In this document: in pieces, positions 28,020 through 36,528 of the stretch | Numbering within the stretch: position 1 is the first letter of the stretch | How the letters are laid out: each line of letters starts with the position of its first letter | From: a virus | Reading direction: 5' to 3' (one strand) | DNA length: 53,348 nt | IMG/VR virus record: IMGVR_UViG_3300011440_000005 | Span: 1-53,348 of that record | The notes under the pieces: generated by a model | Told to the model about the DNA's origin: nothing | The model's input: the letters and a program-made list of their open reading frames with translations, nothing else | Database searches by the model: none | Translations under genes and position numbers: made by a program

Positions 28020-28478
28020 ATGACAGATGTAACCGTGTCGACGTCGCTGCCACCGGAAGAGTGGACCATCGGTTCTCTTATTGCGCTCCTTGATGAACGT
28101 CAGCAGTCGAACTTGCGGTTCGCTGAGGAACGGGACCGCCGTTACGCCGAAGTTACTTTTGAACGGGAGAAGGCGTTGAAGATCAAAGAGACCGCCGACC
28201 TTGCCGCCTTGTCACTGGCCCGGGAAATTCAGACCTACAAGGACGAGAAGGCGAACGAGTTGCGGGCGCAGATCAACTCGGAACGTGGGTTGTATGTGAC
28301 CCGCACCGACCTGAATGGGGCGATTGAGAAGGTCGATGCGACCATGGCTCCGCTTGTCAAGTATGTAACCGCTCAGCAGGGTCGCTCGGGCGGGCTGTCT
28401 TCAGTGTGGGTGGGTGTCATCGGCAGCTTCAGTGTTGTCGGTGTCCTCGCCGCTATAGCCATTGCTTTGCTGCAATGA
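28020..28478 (+). CDS. Coiled-coil protein with C-terminal transmembrane anchor
   Basis: 152 aa; ...SSVWVGVIGSFSVVGVLAAIAIALLQ at the C-terminus. Confidence 0.7.
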   Translation: MTDVTVSTSLPPEEWTIGSLIALLDERQQSNLRFAEERDRRYAEVTFEREKALKIKETADLAALSLAREIQTYKDEKANELRAQINSERGLYVTRTDLNGAIEKVDATMAPLVKYVTAQQGRSGGLSSVWVGVIGSFSVVGVLAAIAIALLQ

Positions 28479-28505
28479 AATCAAAGGGCTGGAGACGGGA
28501 GCATT

Positions 28506-28793
28506 GTGAGTGACTACGAGGACAACGGGGGAAGGGTGTGGGGTCCGCACGAGACCCAACGGCGCATCGTGGTGGTAGAGACCCTGCTGGAAGTATCAAG
28601 CCAGCGTTATGTGGCTCGGGAACTGTATGACCGTGACATTCGTGCCATTCAGAAAGACCAAGCGGACATGGAGAGCTTGAGTGCGGAGCGCTACAAGGAG
28701 ATAGTGGCTCGCATGAGTTCTGTCTCCCGTCAGATGTGGACCGTCATCGGAGCCATCATAGTTGCGTCGATAGCGAACTTCTTCACGCCATAA
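28506..28793 (+). CDS. Small protein with C-terminal transmembrane segment
   Basis: GTG start, 95 aa, MWTVIGAIIVASIANFF at the C-terminus. Confidence 0.6.
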   Translation: MSDYEDNGGRVWGPHETQRRIVVVETLLEVSSQRYVARELYDRDIRAIQKDQADMESLSAERYKEIVARMSSVSRQMWTVIGAIIVASIANFFTP

Positions 28794-28810
28794 GCAGGAA
28801 GCGTATTTAC

Positions 28811-29323
28811 ATGAGAAACCTTAGACGTAAGTTCATCATCCTTGCGGCCCTGGCCGTGGCCCTTGTGGCTCTCGGTGGAGCCAAGCCACCCAACTCGGAG
28901 GTATTGGAGGTTGTGTCCCAGGACGTGACCATCAACGCCAACGCCTCCGAGGTCACCTGCATCACCCCGTTCTTCGATGGTGGTCCCGCACACACCGGGT
29001 ATTGCTACAACTACAACGACGCTAATTGCTCCCCGGTTCAGCACCCGTTGACCAAGGTCTTCTTCAAGAGTGTGGGTACCGCTCAAGGCGCTAAGACCGC
29101 AGCAACCGTGATGATGGATGACAACGACGACCCCCCTGACTTCAAGACTACCTATCATCGTCAGGGAATAGTCCCTGGTGATGGTTGGAAGAAGGTAGCT
29201 CAGAAGGGCGGCAACATTGGCGACCTGGGCGACACTCTTCTCACAGGGCGAGGGTCCGGGTGGATCACGGTGACGGGCATAGGTCAATTCTTGATCCTGG
29301 TGAGGAACACTTGCACCGTTTGA
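28811..29323 (+). CDS. Exported or membrane-anchored protein (N-terminal signal/anchor)
   Basis: ATG 28811: MRNLRRKFIILAALAVALVALGGA...; locally AT-richer start region. Confidence 0.65.
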   Translation: MRNLRRKFIILAALAVALVALGGAKPPNSEVLEVVSQDVTINANASEVTCITPFFDGGPAHTGYCYNYNDANCSPVQHPLTKVFFKSVGTAQGAKTAATVMMDDNDDPPDFKTTYHRQGIVPGDGWKKVAQKGGNIGDLGDTLLTGRGSGWITVTGIGQFLILVRNTCTV

Positions 29324-29346
29324 GGACACTGCTCGGGCGGTAGGTG

Positions 29347-31278
29347 ATGAAACTCACCAAGAATCTTCTCGCCCTTGTCCTTGTCTTGCTGTTGGGTGGG
29401 GGAGCCACCTATGCGATAGCCCAATCTGACACTGTCACCATCCCTTTCGCTGAAGGTGACAAGGTTGTCCTTGATCTACCAGGTGACCTCAATGTGGTGC
29501 TGGAGGGTGTGGTGGAGACCACAACCACCACTACGGCTCCAACAACCACGACCACTGAGCCGCCCACTACCACAACCACGGAACCTCCGACGACCACTAC
29601 GGAGGCCACCACAACCACGACGTTGCCGCCTACGACGACAACGCTGCCGCCTACCACCACGACGGTCCCGCCGACAACGACGACCACAAGCCCCCCGGAG
29701 GGCCTTTGCGGGCCTGTTGATCGTACCATTACTGGCAATCAGCCTGGGTTTGTGGTACCTGAGGACGAACATTGGCGAGTGACCGGAACGCTCACCTCCA
29801 CGGGCACCATCATGGTCCACGGTTGCTTGTCCGCTCGCTCTGGTGTGACCATCAACATGGGTGGCAACCAGATACAGGTCATGGGCGACTCCAATTCGAT
29901 GGGTGTCCTCGACTTCGACGGGGGTAACGGTGGCCCACGGTGGACCCATGCTGACGGCTCCCCTTTACCCACAGGTTGGGCGCAGGGCACGACGGTACTA
30001 GCCGCACCCCACGTTCAGGGAGTCCGAGCCTCAAGTTCCGTCACTCTCGGCGCAAACCTGCCAACTCTGACCTACCCGGTTCCCGCTCACTCCCCTGCGT
30101 TCACTGAGCTTGTCCGCACCAATGCGGGGATCACTGTCAACCTCGCCAGCCGCATCATGTGGATGGTCGAAGGCGAGGACCAGGTGGGCGACGTGGCCCC
30201 CCTCATTCCCGGCTGCCCGTGTCCTTCACTGTTCTCCAATGTAGCCGTGATCGACTCGGGCAATGCCACAGCTAACGGTGGGTTGAGTTTCTATCCCATC
30301 CACTTCCACAGGGTAGGTAACAATGTCAGAGGAACAGTCGTCGATCACTCACTCGTGCTGCGGGGCAAGAATCACGCTTACGTCGCCCACGCTGCCCACG
30401 GAATCACCTTCCGGGACTCTGTGGCTGTTGATCCCGAAGGGGCTGCCTTCTGGTGGGACGTACGAGAAGCTGGCCGAGGAACTGATCCAGACCCTAGCTC
30501 TGAATCAGATGACGTGGTCTACGACCGAGTTGGGGTGCTTGGACAGCGACCAGGGAACGGTGTAGAAGCTCCACCGGAGACCACCGCTCTGCTCATCGGT
30601 CACGGTGTCGGCAACGTCATGCGTGATTCGTGGGTGGCTGGCTCACAGCTACAGGGTATACCCAACGGCTCCTGCGTCCACTGGTCCGCTGTAACCAACG
30701 GCTTTGAAGACACCTGGATCGTTGAACGCATCACCTGCCATCATTCCACCCAGGAGAACGGCCACTTCTGGTGGTACAACCACACGGGTTCCGGTGGAGG
30801 CGACGCTCACTTCGTCGTTGACAACATCATCGTGGACGCTGGGCAGAATGCCATAAGGGTGGGCGCTTACAACCAGTCGAGCGAACCAGCTAAGTACGTC
30901 AACCTTGTAACTGATGGGCGCATCCTCCTGAACGTGCAGGGTGTGAACACCCAGTCGCAGGACCATGTCACCATCCAAGGTGGGCACGCCGCCAACATCA
31001 CCGTCGCTCACCACGTCGCTGCTGGTCGAACCGAGTCAGCCACTGTTCGTCCCTCCTTTGAGGTGATAGGCATGGACTTGGAAACAGGTGTCATCATCAA
31101 CGAAAGCCTGGGCGGGCAGACGCAACCTGGTCGTGGAAGGTTCAGCGGTGTGACCGTGGACGGTTCACCGATTACGAGGTCGCAGGTGACCACACCGTTC
31201 ATCCAGTCGGGTTCCCGCTACTCGTTCTCCAATAACACTTGGCCCAACCAGACTTTCAGTTTCCATGTCCCTTCCTGA
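29347..31278 (+). CDS. Secreted protein: signal peptide, Thr/Pro-rich linker, beta-helix-like putative glycan-degrading domain
   Basis: MKLTKNLLALVLVLLLGGGATYAIA/QSD. About 60 aa of T/P repeats (c. 29520-29700). The YPIHFH string is, from memory, reminiscent of G8/parallel beta-helix glycanases. Confidence 0.75.
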   Translation: MKLTKNLLALVLVLLLGGGATYAIAQSDTVTIPFAEGDKVVLDLPGDLNVVLEGVVETTTTTTAPTTTTTEPPTTTTTEPPTTTTEATTTTTLPPTTTTLPPTTTTVPPTTTTTSPPEGLCGPVDRTITGNQPGFVVPEDEHWRVTGTLTSTGTIMVHGCLSARSGVTINMGGNQIQVMGDSNSMGVLDFDGGNGGPRWTHADGSPLPTGWAQGTTVLAAPHVQGVRASSSVTLGANLPTLTYPVPAHSPAFTELVRTNAGITVNLASRIMWMVEGEDQVGDVAPLIPGCPCPSLFSNVAVIDSGNATANGGLSFYPIHFHRVGNNVRGTVVDHSLVLRGKNHAYVAHAAHGITFRDSVAVDPEGAAFWWDVREAGRGTDPDPSSESDDVVYDRVGVLGQRPGNGVEAPPETTALLIGHGVGNVMRDSWVAGSQLQGIPNGSCVHWSAVTNGFEDTWIVERITCHHSTQENGHFWWYNHTGSGGGDAHFVVDNIIVDAGQNAIRVGAYNQSSEPAKYVNLVTDGRILLNVQGVNTQSQDHVTIQGGHAANITVAHHVAAGRTESATVRPSFEVIGMDLETGVIINESLGGQTQPGRGRFSGVTVDGSPITRSQVTTPFIQSGSRYSFSNNTWPNQTFSFHVPS

Positions 31279-31288
31279 AAGAGAGACC

Positions 31289-31516
31289 ATGTCCACGCCT
31301 CCCAGTGACCGACTGACCACACAGCCGACACACAATCCCACTAACAAATGGTGGGCCTTCTTCCTGACCGACGCTGTGCTTAGCGCTGTCATTGTGGTGT
31401 TGCAGCAACTGGACGCTTACACCCTCCCCGAACCGTACGAGAGTCTGACGGTCACTCTCGTGCCTCTCATCATCGCTGCTATCGCTGCTTACCTGAAGCG
31501 GGATAAGAAGAACTAG
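31289..31516 (+). CDS. Two-TM small membrane protein (holin-like)
   Basis: WWAFFLTDAVLSAVIVVL and LVPLIIAAIAAYL followed by KRDKKN; ATG 31289 preferred, 31265 possible. Confidence 0.6.
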   Translation: MSTPPSDRLTTQPTHNPTNKWWAFFLTDAVLSAVIVVLQQLDAYTLPEPYESLTVTLVPLIIAAIAAYLKRDKKN

Positions 31517-32278
31517 ATGGCTGCTACCAACCGCTTGTTCGTCAACTTCAACGAGGGCACTCTCACCAACAACCCTGGGACGGCGGGCACCTCGTTCCAG
31601 GCTGGTGACTTCGTGTCTTTGCCTGCGGTAGCTGACCCGGACTTCGTCACACTGGTGATCGACCCGGAGAACACCCAGGGGTTGGGCCGGGAAGTGGTGA
31701 TAGTGACAGCACACACTGCCTCTTCGACCACTTGCACTGTGACGAGGGCGCAGGAGGGAACCACAGCTAGGAACTGGCTTTCGGGTACCCGCTATGCGTT
31801 GGCTTTGACCGCTGACACCGTCGACGACATCAAGACGACAGCGGAAGCTCACCGCCTCAGGCATCTGGCTACCGGTGTCGACCCTAGCAACATAGATATC
31901 CAGTCGGCTATCGCTGCGGCGGGTGACAACACGGTCAACACTGCTTGGACTTCGGGTACCGGTGGAAACCAGTTGACCTCTGCGACCTACACGCCTCCTG
32001 CTGCATGGGGCGACTACGCCCTGTATGTGATCGCTCGTTGCAACATGAACCCTTCAGCGGACGTGGACGCTCGTATTTGGCTTCGCATTGACGGCACCGA
32101 CAACTCAGCAGCACGAGTGCGGGAAGCAAACGAAACCGCCATGAGTGTCACCGGGATTCTCGGTGGCTGCACCGGCACCACGCCAGTGATCTTACGGGGG
32201 TCGAGGGAGGCCAGCCCTGGTGGCTCGTGGACAGCGGGCAGCATCCAGATCATCATGTGGGGAGAGGCGACCTCGTGA
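31517..32278 (+). CDS. Hypothetical (possibly fibre-related) protein
   Basis: 253-aa ORF starting 1 nt after the upstream stop. Confidence 0.7.
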   Translation: MAATNRLFVNFNEGTLTNNPGTAGTSFQAGDFVSLPAVADPDFVTLVIDPENTQGLGREVVIVTAHTASSTTCTVTRAQEGTTARNWLSGTRYALALTADTVDDIKTTAEAHRLRHLATGVDPSNIDIQSAIAAAGDNTVNTAWTSGTGGNQLTSATYTPPAAWGDYALYVIARCNMNPSADVDARIWLRIDGTDNSAARVREANETAMSVTGILGGCTGTTPVILRGSREASPGGSWTAGSIQIIMWGEATS

Positions 32279-32484
32279 CCTGTCCGTTCTGCTCGGAGGA
32301 AACACCAGCTAACCGCAACTCCTGCCAGGCGTGTAAGCACCTGCTGAAGCGGGTGGTGCCACGGTTCCGCTGGGTGGGTGGCGCACCATCCAACTCTAAG
32401 CTGGAGATGTTCTGGACGACGGGCGAGCCTTCAGTGTTCGCTAGGCCTGGTGCCCCCGACTACAACCCTCGCTGGGATGTCTAA
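32275..32484 (+). CDS. Small zinc-ribbon-like protein
   Basis: GTGA overlap with the upstream stop; VTCPFCSEE...CQACKH. Confidence 0.5.
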   Translation: MTCPFCSEETPANRNSCQACKHLLKRVVPRFRWVGGAPSNSKLEMFWTTGEPSVFARPGAPDYNPRWDV

Positions 32485-32801
32485 CGGCAATGCCGCTCTT
32501 GCCACCCCATCGTACAATGCCCCCCGCCACTCCCCCCGCCCATCCAGTCGGGAACGCCTTCGATAAATGGTTCCCCCGGCTCGGGGATGATGTCGACCCA
32601 GCCGAGTCGGTCAGCCACTACTGCACCTGCGGCAAGGCAGCCGAGGAACAACAGGGTTGCGAGCCAGTCCTTTAGATGGACGAGGAAATCTTTCTTCTTA
32701 CTTGTGACCACGAGGGGTGTGACAACATCACCCTCTCGGTGAACGGACGCACGTCGATTGGGTGGTATGTGACTTGGGAACATCAGTTCTGTTCCAAACA
32801 T
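32481..32801 (-). CDS. Candidate membrane protein (mutually exclusive with + ORFs 32490..32675 and 32676..32846)
   Basis: Starts 10 nt after the stop of 32812..33060; has a KKKDFLVHLKDW + LATLLFLGCLAAGAVVA TM-like segment. GC3 does not discriminate between the strands. Confidence 0.3.
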   Translation of the reverse strand: MFGTELMFPSHIPPNRRASVHREGDVVTPLVVTSKKKDFLVHLKDWLATLLFLGCLAAGAVVADRLGWVDIIPEPGEPFIEGVPDWMGGGSGGGHCTMGWQERHCR

Positions 32802-32846
32802 CGTCCACCGGTCATAAGGGATCGCTCTCGTCCATCGTCACGATGA
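32676..32846 (+). CDS. Candidate 56-aa Cys/His protein (mutually exclusive with the minus ORF 32481..32801)
   Basis: ATG directly after the TAG of + ORF 32490..32675; MDEEIFLLTCDHEGCDN...WEHQFCSKH. It would overlap the convergent gene 32812..33060 by 35 nt. Confidence 0.3.
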   Translation: MDEEIFLLTCDHEGCDNITLSVNGRTSIGWYVTWEHQFCSKHRPPVIRDRSRPSSR

Positions 32847-33060
32847 TGTACAACGTGCGGTGGTCACCAGGGCAGACGTAGTACCACTTGTCGCCCTCGC
32901 CCTTGTGATAGAACGTTCTGTCAGGTTTCCGGTCTGTCCGAGTCCACAACACTGGCCCGTAGTTATACGGGTCATTGTCGGTGACGTGAACCGCACCTTC
33001 GTAGTCGCACCAAACGAAGCCATTGACTTCCTGTAGGGGTGGGGTCATCTTGGTCTTCAT
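32812..33060 (-). CDS. Hypothetical protein downstream of integrase
   Basis: ATG 33060 in ATGA overlap with the integrase stop; 82 aa. Confidence 0.6.
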   Translation of the reverse strand: MKTKMTPPLQEVNGFVWCDYEGAVHVTDNDPYNYGPVLWTRTDRKPDRTFYHKGEGDKWYYVCPGDHRTLYIIVTMDESDPL

Positions 33061-33962
33061 ATGTCCCAACCTGCCTTCCTCACCGCTCGGGCGGCAGCGT
33101 CGGCCCGCTTCTCCAAGTAGACCTGGGTGGTGCCCAGGTTGCTGTGCCGCAGAGCGGCAGAGGTCGCTTCGATCCCAGCGAGCTTGTGTACCTGACCGGC
33201 GAACGACCGTCGCATGTCGTGCGGACTGAACTTCCCGTAGCGGCGCACCACGTTGTATACACCACTCCCGGAGAGCCGTTGACCCCACTCAGGGGTCTGG
33301 CTAACTTCCCCGGTAGCGAAGTTGACCAGTCTACGGAACCGTACTATCACCGGAGAGGCCCCCAGAACGCCGTCTAAGCCATTCTTTGCCTCGACCCTTA
33401 GGTGGGAGAGGGTAGAAGCCAGAGAATCGCTCACAGCGACGACAGCAGCCTTCCTGTTCTTACCCACGACTCGTATCTCCCTGCGTTCCAGGTCCACGTC
33501 GCCCCAGTTGAGGCTGGCTATCTCCGTGCGGCGGAGACCACAACCGAAACCGAGGCGTAGGATCGCCATGTCACGGACCCCCATCAGGGTGTCAGGTACC
33601 GCCCCCAGGACGTCCTCTATCTCGGAGCGCTCCATCCAACGATGCACAGCCACAGGCACCGGCTTTACCGGCACGAGTGCAGTGAGCCTAGCGGCAGGAT
33701 TGCTGGGGATGAGGTCACGGGTGTGCGCCCAGGTGAAGAACCCTTTCAGGTGGGAGCGGTAGTTGGTGCGGGTGGTGTCGCCGCAGGTCTGCTCCAGCAA
33801 CCAGTCGACGAGGTGCTTCTCAGTGAAGTTTTCCAGGTCGACGTGCGGGTAGCGCTCCTGCACTCGGGACAGGAGCCTGCGGTAGGTGGTGGCAGACTGT
33901 GTGGTGTGCAACCAGGTTGGGTCCGCTGCTCCCAGTTTAAACGCTTCGGGGTAGAGCCTCAT
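33057..33962 (-). CDS. int: Tyrosine recombinase / integrase (XerC/D-sized, 301 aa)
   Basis: ...HDMRRSFAGQV...LRHSNLGTTQVYLE is the C-terminal catalytic H-x-x-R ... H ... Y pattern; SAM-like N-terminal domain; start MRLYPE in ATGA overlap with the upstream micro-ORF (alt. 33989). Confidence 0.9.
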   Translation of the reverse strand: MRLYPEAFKLGAADPTWLHTTQSATTYRRLLSRVQERYPHVDLENFTEKHLVDWLLEQTCGDTTRTNYRSHLKGFFTWAHTRDLIPSNPAARLTALVPVKPVPVAVHRWMERSEIEDVLGAVPDTLMGVRDMAILRLGFGCGLRRTEIASLNWGDVDLERREIRVVGKNRKAAVVAVSDSLASTLSHLRVEAKNGLDGVLGASPVIVRFRRLVNFATGEVSQTPEWGQRLSGSGVYNVVRRYGKFSPHDMRRSFAGQVHKLAGIEATSAALRHSNLGTTQVYLEKRADAAARAVRKAGWDI

Positions 33963-34084
33963 TGCATGCCCGCTCTGCACCCCCGGCACACCCAGGTAGC
34001 CAGGAAGTATTGGTTCAGCAGGACTCCGCTGAGGACATCCATCTCATCGAGGGGGTACGTCCACTTGCAGATTTCACAAGCCAT
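33959..34084 (-). CDS. 41-aa zinc-ribbon micro-protein (MACEICKW...CRGCRAGMQ)
   Basis: Not in the ORF track (<60 aa); two CxxC pairs; stop overlaps the integrase start (ATGA). Confidence 0.4.
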   Translation of the reverse strand: MACEICKWTYPLDEMDVLSGVLLNQYFLATWVCRGCRAGMQ

Positions 34085-34113
34085 GCTCTTCGTGACTTCA
34101 CGCTCTGGGTATG

Positions 34114-34311
34114 TCACGGGACCAGAATCCTCACGCACTCAGGGCACAGCCAGAACAGAGCGTGCAGGTTCTTCTGCCCCTTCAGCCGCACCACGGCGGC
34201 TGCGTTGAGCGAGAAGCTCGGCTCGATGTGGACGCTCATCGCTGGTCCAGGGTGGAGTTCCCGGCACGCCTCGCAAGCGAGGGTCTTGGTCAACTCCATC
34301 TTCACGGTCAT
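34114..34311 (-). CDS. Small zinc-ribbon protein
   Basis: CEAC...CPEC; ATG 34311 has GGGAGG 8 nt upstream (the track start 34320 is a GTG with no spacing). Confidence 0.55.
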   Translation of the reverse strand: MTVKMELTKTLACEACRELHPGPAMSVHIEPSFSLNAAAVVRLKGQKNLHALFWLCPECVRILVP

Positions 34312-34343
34312 CTCTGACACCTCCCAGGTGACTAGTTAAGGTG

Positions 34344-34372
34344 ACCGTAGCAGACCCGTCCCGACCAGTCAA
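34344..34372 (-). promoter_or_regulatory. Candidate sigma-70-type promoter TTGACT-N17-TACGGT for the Zn-ribbon/integrase cassette
   Basis: Reverse complement of 34344-34372 reads ttgactggtcgggacgggtctgctacggt; lies in a 127-nt gap. Confidence 0.3.
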
Positions 34373-34447
34373 GTCGTCTAAGTGGTTCGTCATGGGATCA
34401 GTGGGGATGGGCCTCTACGCACGGGATGCAGACTAGCTGACAGTTCC

Positions 34448-34687
34448 CTAGCTGCTGACGTACTGGTCGACCCGCCTGCCGTCGAAGCGCCTGCGCCCAT
34501 CGAACATGGTGTCCAACTCGACCGACGACAAGTACACGCCGGTCGGGATGAGCAGCCCCCTGACGATCTTCTCGTGGTAGTACCGGTCCACCCTGAAGCC
34601 GTCCTCCTGGTAGGCACGATGGAAAGGGCAGGTGCCTCCGACCTTCTGGATGCATGAGCCGAACTCGGTGACCTCGCCACAGGTCAC
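34448..34687 (-). CDS. Hypothetical Cys-containing protein
   Basis: GTG 34687 in GTGA overlap with the upstream stop; the alternative frames are Arg/Ser/Ala-rich shadows. Confidence 0.5.
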   Translation of the reverse strand: MTCGEVTEFGSCIQKVGGTCPFHRAYQEDGFRVDRYYHEKIVRGLLIPTGVYLSSVELDTMFDGRRRFDGRRVDQYVSS

Positions 34688-34974
34688 AGTAAACCTATCA
34701 TCATCGCATCGACCACCACGGGCAGCATCGAAGCGTCGATCTGTCGATCCCACGGGTGAGGCATGATCGGATACTCAGCCCCCTCGCACATGTCAGCGAG
34801 GGCGGACCCCTCCATTTCATAGCTAACAAAGTGGGGCAGCCCACGCTCCAGTGCCCGATGCCACCGATCCAACCGCTGCTCATAAGTGAGGGCGGGAAGA
34901 GGGGGGATGAGGCGGCTCAGTAGGCGCTCGGTTGATGCCCGAACTTCTTCGCTTACTATCAGGTGACCCCTCAC
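34684..34974 (-). CDS. Hypothetical protein
   Basis: 96 aa; GTGA overlap with the upstream gene. Confidence 0.6.
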   Translation of the reverse strand: MRGHLIVSEEVRASTERLLSRLIPPLPALTYEQRLDRWHRALERGLPHFVSYEMEGSALADMCEGAEYPIMPHPWDRQIDASMLPVVVDAMMIGLL

Positions 34975-35219
34975 AATGCCTCCCTAAGCATGTTTAAAGC
35001 TCGCTCCCAAGTGGCGTAGACGTGAGACCTGGCGATCCCAAGCTCCGTGGCAATGTCCGTCTTCGACATCTGCGCCCACAAGGTCAACTCCACGACAGAC
35101 CGCTCAGGTTCAGGCAGGTCGTCGATGCACCCTCGGAGGTGGTCGTGCGCTGCAGTAGGAACCACAGCGCTCGCCGGGAGGTGGGCGACCCAGTCTTCAT
35201 TGAGCGAGACCTCACGCAT
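34971..35219 (-). CDS. Sigma-70 region-4-like HTH protein
   Basis: LPEPERSVVELTLWAQMSKTDIATELGIARSHVYATWERALNMLR resembles sigma70_r4 / ECF region 4. Confidence 0.7.
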   Translation of the reverse strand: MREVSLNEDWVAHLPASAVVPTAAHDHLRGCIDDLPEPERSVVELTLWAQMSKTDIATELGIARSHVYATWERALNMLREAL

Positions 35220-35856
35220 CGTCTTCGTCGAGAGCCTTGTTGGCCTCGCCCGCCCTGGCAGGCCAAACCGACCGCATCATCTCGCCCGTCTTCCTTGCTT
35301 CCTTCTGCGGTGGCCTCAGCGCTAGCATCCGATCGTCGATGCGGCCATACAGGTCGTCGAACAGGCCCTGGTTCTTTAGCACGAAGTCGAACTCGTACTC
35401 GTCGAGGGCTATCTCCGAAGGATGTATGTCAGCTATCACACTCGACGGGGTGATGCGCTCCACCCGCCACATCTCCCCGCCCCGCTCACGGATAGCCTCG
35501 TACTCGTTGGGGAAGCGGACGTCGGAGATGACATAGTCCACGTCATCCTCCAGTCCCTCCATCACAGGCTTCACCCACACGTCTTCCCCGAAGTATTGGC
35601 GTGCCACCAGGCCGACATCTTGGAGGAACTTCCGTACCGAGTGGTGGCCCTTCAACCGATCCCAGTCGAGAACACCGTGGGCCTCACTCAAATGGATGAG
35701 GCCGAGGGTGCCGACGTCCACGAGGGGGTCAACCTTGAGTGCCGCTTCCTTCAGCTTGTCAGCGAAGGCACGACGCTGGAACCCGTACTCGTCGACCAGG
35801 TATTGGGCGACCGTATCCTTACCTGTCTCTTTCTTACCGCTCAGTCCAACAATCAT
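35212..35856 (-). CDS. Deoxynucleoside monophosphate kinase (P-loop)
   Basis: MIVGLSGKKETGKDTVAQYL...FADKLK, as in phage dNMP kinases; ATG 35856 lies 1 nt after the upstream stop. Confidence 0.75.
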   Translation of the reverse strand: MIVGLSGKKETGKDTVAQYLVDEYGFQRRAFADKLKEAALKVDPLVDVGTLGLIHLSEAHGVLDWDRLKGHHSVRKFLQDVGLVARQYFGEDVWVKPVMEGLEDDVDYVISDVRFPNEYEAIRERGGEMWRVERITPSSVIADIHPSEIALDEYEFDFVLKNQGLFDDLYGRIDDRMLALRPPQKEARKTGEMMRSVWPARAGEANKALDEDDA

Positions 35857-35857
35857 T

Positions 35858-36391
35858 TCATGGCTCCATTCCGACGACCAACTCAAGAAACTCACCCCAG
35901 TCACGCACATCAGGCACGCCCTCGATAGGGCGGTTCCAGGGGCGAACGAACCTGACGCCGTGCTTGCCTGCCGCCTTGATAGCTTCCAGAAAATGCGGGC
36001 CATCATCCAAGAACAGGTCCGCATCAACGTTGTGCTTATCTTCACGCAACATAACCTCGGTCACGGGCACACGGTGGTAAGCGATCCAACTGAGGGTGTC
36101 TTCCATCGCCCACTCGGGGCGGCTGGTGACAATGGCAAGGTCATGCCCTATCTGTTTGAGAACATCCATCACTTGGAGACCGTGAGTGTCGGGGGTGACA
36201 GCGAGGTAGCTGGTCTCTTTCCGATAGAAGTACCAGAACTCTTTCCAGTTGCGGAACCTGGTGAGGTGAAGGAAATCCCAGTCGGTGATGTCCGAATAGT
36301 TGATGCGCTCCCCGTAGCGTGCCTTGTAAGCACGAATCCAAGAGTTGTTCCAGTCACCGAGGACACCATCCAGATCAATAGCAATTCTCAT
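35858..36391 (-). CDS. HAD-family 5'(3')-deoxyribonucleotidase
   Basis: MRIAIDLDGVLGDW (DxDxV motif) ... IVTSR ... DD; start in ATGA overlap with the upstream micro-ORF. Confidence 0.75.
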   Translation of the reverse strand: MRIAIDLDGVLGDWNNSWIRAYKARYGERINYSDITDWDFLHLTRFRNWKEFWYFYRKETSYLAVTPDTHGLQVMDVLKQIGHDLAIVTSRPEWAMEDTLSWIAYHRVPVTEVMLREDKHNVDADLFLDDGPHFLEAIKAAGKHGVRFVRPWNRPIEGVPDVRDWGEFLELVVGMEP

Positions 36392-36528
36392 CGCTTGCAA
36401 TCCTCGGGGTTCAAGTGGAGAAAGCTCCACTCCTGGTTCAGCATCCCCTCAATGTCCAGCCAGTTACTTTCCACCATTACAAGGCTGGCATCAGTGGCGA
36501 AACGACCGCAGTTATCACAACGGTTCAT
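36388..36528 (-). CDS. 46-aa micro-protein (MNRCDNCGRF...)
   Basis: Not in the track; ATGA overlaps at both ends (with 36525 and 36391). Confidence 0.4.
   Translation of the reverse strand: MNRCDNCGRFATDASLVMVESNWLDIEGMLNQEWSFLHLNPEDCKR

Noticed and set aside
29520-29700. Low-complexity ACC/ACG-rich nucleotide repeats
   Set aside because: They simply encode the Thr/Pro linker of the secreted protein; this is not an independent repeat element.
36441-36460. Third occurrence of cccctcaatg, the right-arm motif of elements A/B
   Set aside because: It lies inside a doubly coupled micro-ORF, without the partner arm or the S1 hairpin. It is probably coincidental.
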